A stretch of DNA of 24,481 nucleotides from Halalkalibacterium halodurans (GTDB lineage: Bacteria > Bacillota > Bacilli > Bacillales > Bacillaceae_D): positions 1 through 24,481 of the forward strand of contig NZ_SNUY01000065.1 in the NCBI RefSeq assembly GCF_004376175.1, written 5' to 3'. Each line of letters opens with the position of its first letter. The stretch's first letter is position 1. Of the stretch, positions 18,095 through 24,481 are shown one piece after another. A model generated the notes under the pieces. The model was not told where the DNA came from. It saw nothing but the letters and a program-made list of their open reading frames with translations, and searched no databases. The translations under genes were made by a program, and so were the position numbers.

Positions 18095-19710
18095 TATCCA
18101 TTCACCTCAGCCATTTCTACCATTTCTCCGTTGAGTGACCACGTTTTTGCTTCGGTCACTTTGACGTACACGATGTCACCGATAACCGACTTGGGTCCTT
18201 TAAAGTTGACAAGCCGATTGGTTCGTGTCCGTCCGGCTAAAATGTTCGGATCTTTTTTACTTTCACCTTCTACGAGCACTTCGACGACTTTGTCTTGGTA
18301 TTCTAAGTTTTTTTGTGCGGAAATTTCGTTGACGAGGGCGTTCAATCGCGCTAATCGTTCCCGTTTCACTTCCATTGGAACGTTGTCCTTCATTTTCGCC
18401 GCTGGCGTTCCTTCACGCGGTGAATAAATGTAGGTGAAGGCACTGTCAAATTCAATTTCCCTCACGAGGCTTAGCGTATCTTCAAACTGTTCGTCCGTTT
18501 CGTTCGGGAAGCCAACAATTAAATCGGTCGTAAACGACGCATTCGGAATAGCCCGTTTAATTTTTTGTGCCAATTCCACGTATTGCTCTCGCGTATATTT
18601 GCGCGCCATCAGTTTTAAAATCTCTGAGTTTCCATGTTGCACTGGGAGATGGATATGCTCCACAAGATTGCCACCTTTGGCAAGAACCTCGATCAAATGA
18701 TCATCGAAATCACGAGGATGACTTGTCGTAAATCGAACGCGCGGGATGTCAATTTTACGAATTTCATCCATTAAATCCCCAAGACCATAGTCAAGATCAG
18801 CTAAATCTTTTCCATATGCGTTGACGTTTTGACCGAGAAGCGTGATTTCCTTATAGCCTTGGCGGGCCAAGTCACGCACTTCCTGGATAATATCCTCCGG
18901 TCTCCGGCTCCGCTCTTTCCCCCGCGTATACGGAACGATACAGTACGTACAGAACTTATCACAGCCGTACATAATGTTGACCCATGCTTGTGTTTTTCCT
19001 TCACGAGCACGTGGCATATTTTCGACGATGTCGCCTTCCTTTGACCACACTTCAATAATCATTTCTTTGCCAAAGAGGGCATTGCGTAGAAGGTGGGGTA
19101 AGCGATGAATGTTGTGCGTCCCGAAAATCATATCAATGTGTTGGTGCTTTTGCATGATTCGATTGACGACGCCCTCCTCTTGGGACATACAGCCACATAC
19201 TCCAATGACGAGCTCCGGCTTTTCCCGCTTTAGCTGCTTTAAGTTTCCAATTTCACCGAACACTTTGTTTTCTGCATTTTCACGGATCGCACATGTATTA
19301 ATTAAAATGACGTCTGCATCTGTCGTTTCATCGGTCGCTTCAAAGCCCATCTCTTTAAGCATACCCGCCATATTTTCCGAATCGTGTATATTCATTTGAC
19401 AACCATACGTGCGAACAAGAAATTTCTTCCCGGCCCCGATTGTTTTCATATCTTCAGGGATTAAATCGTCCGGGCGGAGCACTTTCACTTCTTCTTTTCC
19501 ACGACGCTTGCCTTGCTTATAGTCTGGCTGGTCGAAGATCGAGATTTCCCGTCCTGCAATTTTAATGACTTTTTTTCCATCTTCTTCGCTTACGACTTTG
19601 GCGTTGGAAAAGTCAAAGTATTTGCTGTAATCCTTCGTTGCCGATCCAGCTTCTTTCGTGCTGACTGCATCCGTGTTTCCATTCCGTCCAAGGCGTTGTT
19701 CTTCATTCAT
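18094..19710 (-). CDS. miaB: tRNA (i6A37) methylthiotransferase MiaB (YmcB)
   Basis: UPF0004 N-domain [11 protein letters not shown], radical-SAM [15 protein letters not shown] and a TRAM-type C-terminus. The stop overlaps the ricA start (TAATG). Confidence 0.93.
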   Translation of the reverse strand: MNEEQRLGRNGNTDAVSTKEAGSATKDYSKYFDFSNAKVVSEEDGKKVIKIAGREISIFDQPDYKQGKRRGKEEVKVLRPDDLIPEDMKTIGAGKKFLVRTYGCQMNIHDSENMAGMLKEMGFEATDETTDADVILINTCAIRENAENKVFGEIGNLKQLKREKPELVIGVCGCMSQEEGVVNRIMQKHQHIDMIFGTHNIHRLPHLLRNALFGKEMIIEVWSKEGDIVENMPRAREGKTQAWVNIMYGCDKFCTYCIVPYTRGKERSRRPEDIIQEVRDLARQGYKEITLLGQNVNAYGKDLADLDYGLGDLMDEIRKIDIPRVRFTTSHPRDFDDHLIEVLAKGGNLVEHIHLPVQHGNSEILKLMARKYTREQYVELAQKIKRAIPNASFTTDLIVGFPNETDEQFEDTLSLVREIEFDSAFTYIYSPREGTPAAKMKDNVPMEVKRERLARLNALVNEISAQKNLEYQDKVVEVLVEGESKKDPNILAGRTRTNRLVNFKGPKSVIGDIVYVKVTEAKTWSLNGEMVEMAEVNG

Positions 19711-19795
19711 TGGACATGCTCCTTTCTATAGTAAAACGAGTCATCGTCTCCTTTGAAACAATGATTCACGTAAAAAAGCAAATGCTCAAGTTTCA

Positions 19796-19824
19796 ATTAT
19801 AACGCCATCATCTGACAAACTCAA
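19796..19824 (-). promoter_or_regulatory. SigA-type promoter candidate for miaB-ricA
   Basis: Minus strand: TTGAGT (rc of 19819-19824), 17-nt spacer, TATAAT (rc of 19796-19801). Confidence 0.5.
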
Positions 19825-19888
19825 TGCTCTCCGCCCGAAATCTCAAGAAATCGACATGAACTAGGAATAGGTTGCTATTTTAAAGTGT

Positions 19889-19923
19889 AAACAAAAACAA
19901 CCACTCCGCTGTGTGAGTGGTTG
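19889..19923 (-). terminator. Intrinsic terminator after korB
   Basis: CAACCACTC (19898-19906) pairs with GAGTGGTTG (19915-19923), 8-nt loop. The minus strand continues TTTTTGTTT. Confidence 0.7.
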
Positions 19924-19931
19924 CCTTCTGC

Positions 19932-20798
19932 TTACATAAATTCTCCGACGAGTTCTTTAAATTTCCCTTCATCAATCGTTAAATCTTGATCGGCTAATGG
20001 TTTCTCATCATAACCGGCAATGAGATCTTGATAGGACGGTTGTTTATCGTTTTGGTAAATGAGGCCTGTGACTAAACCGTTGTGCTCCATTAACGTTTGC
20101 ATCGCAACCATCCGGTTCTGAGGATCATAGCCTTCAAGATCGGATAGTTTCGTCAAGTTTTCCTTAAACCAGTCATACGTGTTCACCTTGTTGAACGTGA
20201 CACATGGACTGAAGACGTTAATGAGGGAAAATCCATTATGGTTAATGCCTTTCTCAATGAGTGCCGTTAATTCTTTTAAATCACTAGAGAAGCTTTGTGC
20301 CACGAATGTAGCCCCTGCAGTTAAAGCCATCTCCATGACGTTTAGCGCTGATTCGACAGATCCACTTGGCGTACTTTTCGTCTTAAATCCGACATCGCTT
20401 CGCGGAGACGTTTGTCCTTTTGTTAATCCGTAAATTTGGTTATCCATAACAATGTACGTAATGTTAATGTTGCGTCTGATCGCATGCACTGTATGGCCCA
20501 TTCCGATCGCAAAACCGTCTCCATCTCCCCCTGAAGCAATGACCGTTAAATCACGATTTGCCATCTTCACACCTTGAGCGATCGGAAGAACACGCCCGTG
20601 GACGCCGTGGAATCCATAAGCGTTAATGTAACCAGAAATCCGTCCAGAACAACCAATTCCAGAAATGACCGCGAGCTGATCAGGTTCAAGCCCTACGTTA
20701 GCGGCTGCACGCTGGATTGCTGCTTGAACAGAAAAATCTCCACAACCTGGACACCAGTTTGGCTTGACTTTATTTCGAAAATCTTTAAACGTCGCCAA
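19932..20798 (-). CDS. korB: 2-oxoglutarate (2-oxoacid):ferredoxin oxidoreductase beta subunit
   Basis: NWCPGCGDFSV (Cys cluster) and the TPP-binding GGDGDGFAIG motif. The TTG start immediately follows the korA TAA. Confidence 0.9.
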   Translation of the reverse strand: MATFKDFRNKVKPNWCPGCGDFSVQAAIQRAAANVGLEPDQLAVISGIGCSGRISGYINAYGFHGVHGRVLPIAQGVKMANRDLTVIASGGDGDGFAIGMGHTVHAIRRNINITYIVMDNQIYGLTKGQTSPRSDVGFKTKSTPSGSVESALNVMEMALTAGATFVAQSFSSDLKELTALIEKGINHNGFSLINVFSPCVTFNKVNTYDWFKENLTKLSDLEGYDPQNRMVAMQTLMEHNGLVTGLIYQNDKQPSYQDLIAGYDEKPLADQDLTIDEGKFKELVGEFM

Positions 20799-22538
20799 TT
20801 AGATCAACTCCTTGCAAGTTTGATAGATTTCACCTGGTAAAAACGGATTCCCGTCGTATCTCAAAACATTCTCGATTGCTTTCACGTCACAGTTCATTTT
20901 GATGAGGCTCGCAAGTTGAGCTGTCGCGTTATGTTCGACGACAACTACTTTTTTCGCCTTTGTTAAATATGGCTGCAGTTCATGCTTCGGAAACGGGTGA
21001 ACGAGACGAATATGGGCATGGTTGACACGAATGCTGTCGGCTTCTAACCGAGGAATCGCCTCTTCTATCGCCCCTCTCGTTGAGTTGATGCCAATCACTA
21101 ATAAATCTGGCTCTTCGTGCGGCGCATGGATGTGAACAGGGGTTGGAAAACGTTCTGGCAACGCTTCAACCTTTCGAAGCCGCTTTTCCATTTGTTCTAT
21201 ACGATTCGTCGCACTCTCTGACGGCTTCCCTGTTTGATCGTGCTCAACACCTGTTACGTGGTGAATTCCATTTTTTTGCCCTGGGAGAACACGAGGAGAG
21301 ACGCCAGTTTCCGTTAATTCATAGCGCTTGTAATATTCGCCTTTTTCTTGTTCAGTTAACTGGTCCTCGTTTTGCAATGACCCGCGACGAATTTCCACCT
21401 TGCTGAAATCGAGCGGCTCGACTGTCTGCTTTCCGAGGGATAAAGCCAAATCTGTTACGAGGATAACTGGACACTGGTACTCTTCTGCTATGTTAAAGGC
21501 CTCGACCGTATCATAAAAGGCCTCCTCAACCGTACTTGGAGCCATTACAACTTTCGGAATATCTCCGTGGGTGCTATAAATCATTGCCATCAGATCAGAT
21601 TGCTCTTGTTTTGTCGGTAATCCAGTACTTGGGCCCCCGCGCTGCGTATCGACAATCACAAGCGGCGTTTCCGTCATCCCTGACAAACCGATTGCTTCCG
21701 CCATGAGAGAAAGACCTGGTCCGGCAGATGCCGTGAAGGAACGCACGCCAGCATAGTTAGCGCCTATAGCCATCGTACATGCAGCAATCTCATCTTCCGT
21801 TTGAATGACCGCTCCACCGAATTCCGGAAGTTTTTTAATTAAGTATTCCATGATCTCTGATGCAGGGGTGATTGGATATGCCGCCATAAATCGGCTACCA
21901 GCAGCAACTGCCCCCATTCCGATCGCATCATTTCCAATCATAAACATCCGCTTTTTCCCGTCTGCTTCTTTCAGTTGTAGCTGATTGCCATTTTCCGCTT
22001 TTTCGATAAAGAAAGCCGCACCAGCTTTTAAAGCTTCCATGTTCTTTTCAACGACAGATGTACCTTTTCGCAAAAAGATCTCTTCGACCACTTCACGGAA
22101 CACCTCTGGTTCGAGTCCAAGAAGGGCACTTGACGCACCGACGGCAACCATGTTTTTCATCAGTGATGTTCCTAACTCTGTCGCAATCTCAGTAAATGGC
22201 ACCGCATATAGAGTAGCAGACGAACCTTCAGGAAGCTCAGGATTAAATTTAGCATCAGCGATGACGACCCCGCCTTCACGGAGTTCATGGACGTTCACAT
22301 CGATCGTTTCTTGGTCAAATGCAACAAGAATATCTAAGTCATCAGAAATAGCGTTCAGCGGTTTTATTGAAACACGAATTTTATTGTTCGTGTGCCCCCC
22401 CTTAATCCGTGACGAAAAATGACGATAGCCGTACAAATAGTAGCCTAACCTGTTTAATGTTGTTGCAAAAATTTCTCCCGTACTCTCGATCCCTTCACCT
22501 TGTTGACCTCCAACTTTCCATGAAAGTTGCTCAAGCAT
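20799..22538 (-). CDS. korA: 2-oxoglutarate (2-oxoacid):ferredoxin oxidoreductase alpha subunit
   Basis: WKVGGQQGEGIESTGEIF (gamma-like N-domain) fused to a pyrimidine-binding domain (AAYPITPASEI). 579 aa, tightly coupled to korB. Confidence 0.9.
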   Translation of the reverse strand: MLEQLSWKVGGQQGEGIESTGEIFATTLNRLGYYLYGYRHFSSRIKGGHTNNKIRVSIKPLNAISDDLDILVAFDQETIDVNVHELREGGVVIADAKFNPELPEGSSATLYAVPFTEIATELGTSLMKNMVAVGASSALLGLEPEVFREVVEEIFLRKGTSVVEKNMEALKAGAAFFIEKAENGNQLQLKEADGKKRMFMIGNDAIGMGAVAAGSRFMAAYPITPASEIMEYLIKKLPEFGGAVIQTEDEIAACTMAIGANYAGVRSFTASAGPGLSLMAEAIGLSGMTETPLVIVDTQRGGPSTGLPTKQEQSDLMAMIYSTHGDIPKVVMAPSTVEEAFYDTVEAFNIAEEYQCPVILVTDLALSLGKQTVEPLDFSKVEIRRGSLQNEDQLTEQEKGEYYKRYELTETGVSPRVLPGQKNGIHHVTGVEHDQTGKPSESATNRIEQMEKRLRKVEALPERFPTPVHIHAPHEEPDLLVIGINSTRGAIEEAIPRLEADSIRVNHAHIRLVHPFPKHELQPYLTKAKKVVVVEHNATAQLASLIKMNCDVKAIENVLRYDGNPFLPGEIYQTCKELI

Positions 22539-22916
22539 GAATTCTCCACCCCTTTAGTAAAATTCAGCGTATGACCTTGTTGAAAAATTTCTCTTATTGT
22601 CATAGTTTATCATATTCCCGAGTAAACAACTAGAAATAGTACAAAATTTTTTGACAAATTGCCGAGACGCATGTATTCATGGTCTAAACGTATTTATCAT
22701 AGATGGCATGGATAAAAAAAGCAAGAACGAATCGCCAGAAAAAACGCCTTGAAGGGAATTCTTTGTTCTACAACTCCTCGTTTTTCTGATGAAAAATCAA
22801 GGCACTACTGGGGTTAAACTGCTTTTACAGGAAGAACATTTATCTTTTCCTCGCGCACAAAAAATCAAAAAAATGTCGTCGTGCTTAGCGGTTGTTAATC
22901 CTTTACTCTCGTATAC

Positions 22917-22949
22917 AAAAAAAAGCCTGCCTTCACAAGGAAGACAGAC
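22917..22949 (-). terminator. Intrinsic terminator after spoVS
   Basis: Minus-strand RNA: GUCUGUCUUC-CUUGU-GAAGGCAGGC (two G-U pairs, which are mismatches on the plus strand), followed by U8. Confidence 0.7.
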
Positions 22950-22962
22950 TTTTTTAAAAGGG

Positions 22963-23223
22963 TTACCGCGGTTCAACAATCAGCTTAATCGCTGTGCGCT
23001 CTTCACCATCTATTTCAATGTCAGTAAAGGCGGGAATACATACGAGGTCAATTCCACTAGGAGCTACAAATCCACGGGCAATGGCAATCGCTTTGATTGA
23101 TTGGTTAAGTGCTCCTGCACCGATCGCTTGAATTTCCGCTGCACCTCGCTCACGGATGACTCCAGCTAGCGCTCCTGCAACAGAGTTAGGTGTAGATTTT
23201 GCTGAAACTTTTAATACTTCCAT
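22963..23223 (-). CDS. spoVS: Stage V sporulation protein S
   Basis: MEVLKVSAKSTPNSVAGALAGVIRERGAAEIQAIGAGALNQSIKAIAIARGF... is the highly conserved 86-aa SpoVS. Confidence 0.95.
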   Translation of the reverse strand: MEVLKVSAKSTPNSVAGALAGVIRERGAAEIQAIGAGALNQSIKAIAIARGFVAPSGIDLVCIPAFTDIEIDGEERTAIKLIVEPR

Positions 23224-23268
23224 TCCTTGTACCTCCTCATCAAATGGATGATACCACTCTACTTACTA

Positions 23269-23297
23269 GTATTTCGAGATTGAGGACTTTATTCCTT
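23269..23297 (-). promoter_or_regulatory. Possible SigH-type promoter of spoVS
   Basis: Minus strand: AAGGAATAA (rc of 23289-23297), 12 nt, CGAAATAC (rc of 23269-23276). Compared with the SigH consensus RNAGGAWWW-N11-12-RNNGAAT there is one mismatch in the -10. spoVS is SigH-dependent in B. subtilis. Confidence 0.3.
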
Positions 23298-23320
23298 AAA
23301 AATGTAAAGCAAGGCATTGA

Positions 23321-24115
23321 CTAGAAATAGAATGGATGATCCTCGTTAATGAGAATCCGCTCAATCGATTTAGCTAAACCTGTTTTTGGGTCCAGTTCAA
23401 TTACTACTCCACTTAATTGTTCCCGACCTTTTGCCACTTCAAACCTAACAGGCAAGTTTGTTAAAAATTTTTTTACAACCGCTTCCCGTTCCATACCCAA
23501 AACGCCGTCATAAGGCCCCGTCATCCCCACATCGCTCAAATAGGCAGTCCCTTTCGGTAAAATGCGCTCATCTGCTGTCTGAACATGGGTATGGGTACCG
23601 ATGATCGCGGAGACGCGCCCGTCTAAATACCAGCCCATCGCTTGCTTCTCACTCGTTGCCTCCCCATGCATGTCCACGAAAATAAATGGCGTTCGCTTAC
23701 GAATGTCATCAAGAGCCGTATCCATGGCCTGAAACGGACAGTCATTCGGTGACATGAACGTTCGGCCCATCACATTGACGACTGCTACTTCAATGGCATT
23801 TACTTTAATAAACGTGTAGCCCTGACCTGGGGTACCTTCTGGATAGTTGATCGGTCGTACTAAGGCAGGGGCTTGATCAATAAATTCAAAGATTTCTCGG
23901 TTATCCCAGCTATGATTGCCTAGCGTCACCGCTTGGGCACCCGCATCAAGAAAGGTTTTATAGATCTGCTCCGTGATTCCTCTGCCACCAGCAGCGTTCT
24001 CTCCGTTAATGATCGTAAGCGTCGGTTTGTATTTCTTTTTTAGTGGCCCAAGATAGTCTTTCACCATTTTTCGGCCTGGGGAGCCAACCACGTCCCCAAT
24101 AAACATAAGTCTCAT
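23321..24115 (-). CDS. ymdB: YmdB metallophosphoesterase (2',3'-cyclic-nucleotide 2'-phosphodiesterase)
   Basis: MRLMFIGDVVG...INGENAAGGRGIT...LGNHSWD...VDMHGEATSEK...GTHTHVQTAD: calcineurin-like metal ligand motifs. Synteny with spoVS. Confidence 0.9.
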   Translation of the reverse strand: MRLMFIGDVVGSPGRKMVKDYLGPLKKKYKPTLTIINGENAAGGRGITEQIYKTFLDAGAQAVTLGNHSWDNREIFEFIDQAPALVRPINYPEGTPGQGYTFIKVNAIEVAVVNVMGRTFMSPNDCPFQAMDTALDDIRKRTPFIFVDMHGEATSEKQAMGWYLDGRVSAIIGTHTHVQTADERILPKGTAYLSDVGMTGPYDGVLGMEREAVVKKFLTNLPVRFEVAKGREQLSGVVIELDPKTGLAKSIERILINEDHPFYF

Positions 24116-24230
24116 TCAAATGCTCCTTTTCTATCCCTCTAAGTTCCACCTTGTTTCTATCATAGTCGAATGACACCAAAGAGACAAGCGCCCTTACCGC
24201 TAGTCAGCGGATGAAGACAACGAAGATTAA

Positions 24231-24481
24231 GGTTCTTAGTCAAATGTTGGGGTGGCATAGGAGGGCGAGCCCCTCTTATCCTACCCCGAATGTCTGATGT
24301 TTGAATTGATGATGCAAGAGAATACGGTTTCGCAAGCGATCATAACGCCGAAAGCCAAAGGCGTTTCTCTTGATCACCTTCGTTTGATTATTCAGCCCTT
24401 CAATAAAACCATTGTTTAAGCCAAACGCGAAGCTATTCAAGATCTCGGTCTGCCAGTTCTTCAGCGTCTGAATGGCTCGGT
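24231..24481 (-). mobile_element. End of an ISL3-family insertion sequence (boundary tentative)
   Basis: The transposase 3' end is described in the preceding feature. The candidate terminal inverted repeat GGTTCTTAGTCAAATGTTGGGG starting at 24231 resembles the GG(C/T)TCTT... termini I recall for ISL3 members. The other end is outside the window, so the IR cannot be confirmed. Confidence 0.45.
24276..24481 (-). CDS. ISL3-family transposase, C-terminal 67 codons (runs off the right window edge)
   Basis: Hand translation of the minus strand from 24479: RAIQTLKNWQTEILNSFAFGLNNGFIEGLNNQTKVIKRNAFGFRRYDRLRNRILLHHQFKHQTFGVG* (stop at 24278-24276). The NGxxEGxNNxxKxIKRxxxGFRxxxxxRxRIL block is the characteristic ISL3 (DDE_Tnp_ISL3) C-terminus. 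It has no Met, so it is absent from the ORF track. Confidence 0.75.
   Translation of the reverse strand, partial: RAIQTLKNWQTEILNSFAFGLNNGFIEGLNNQTKVIKRNAFGFRRYDRLRNRILLHHQFKHQTFGVG

Noticed and set aside
19703-19744. 13-codon upstream ORF ([13 protein letters not shown]) overlapping the miaB start out of frame
   Set aside because: The SD-to-ATG spacing is only about 3 nt. The peptide has no leader-peptide-like features and there is no associated attenuator structure. It is probably fortuitous.
5672-22422. Numerous 60-145-aa ORFs antisense to ynbB, hflX, spoVK, miaA, the methyltransferase, mutL, mutS, miaB, korB and korA (for example 5672-6034, 6976-7386, 10493-10897, 12392-12978, 14414-14803, 21985-22422)
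   Set aside because: All lie fully inside strongly supported conserved genes on the opposite strand. They lack an RBS, and their compositions are typical of antisense frames (Ser/Arg/Leu-rich).
22789-23100. 103-aa plus-strand ORF and 60-aa minus-strand ORF (22797-22979) between korA and spoVS
   Set aside because: The plus-strand ORF runs through the spoVS terminator and antisense into spoVS. The minus-strand ORF starts inside the spoVS 3' end and terminator. Neither has an RBS.

Overview
Everything here was done by eye, without tools, and coordinates were counted by hand. The window looks like a core-chromosome segment of a Bacillaceae genome. Sampled coding lines are about 45% GC.

Almost all genes are on the minus strand. 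Their order matches the Bacillus subtilis rny-ymdB-spoVS ... cotE-mutSL-miaA-hfq ... spoVK-hflX-ynbB-glnA ... lexA neighbourhood. From right to left the genes are:
- ymdB, spoVS, korA, korB (2-oxoglutarate:ferredoxin oxidoreductase)
- miaB (ymcB), ricA (ymcA), cotE, mutS, mutL
- an RsmJ-like SAM methyltransferase, miaA, hfq
- one plus-strand XerD-like tyrosine recombinase gene
- spoVK, hflX, ynbB, glnA, fer
- plus-strand lexA, divergent from a 67-aa membrane protein gene and the yneB-type serine recombinase

Both window edges cut into insertion sequences. The left edge holds the N-terminus of an ISLre2/UPF0236-type transposase. The right edge holds the C-terminus of an ISL3-type transposase. 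Neither is in the ORF track.

I found no CRISPR array, tRNA, rRNA, recognisable riboswitch or multi-gene defence-type cassette. The parts not explained by ordinary housekeeping annotation are:
1. The orphan, opposite-strand tyrosine-recombinase-like gene (8911-9888), whose catalytic residues look degraded.
2. A roughly 1-kb very AT-rich, ORF-poor islet between fer and glnA (2611-3587). It contains a CCTTA/TAAGG motif array, promoter-to-terminator units and a 48-aa Cys/His mini-ORF.
3. An SOS module in which the lexA-divergent gene is a LysM-less, SosA-like mini membrane protein.
4. glnA retaining a GlnR/TnrA-type operator with no adjacent glnR.
5. The IS insertions next to yneB and upstream of ymdB.

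None of these is proven to be novel, and each needs database and expression checks.
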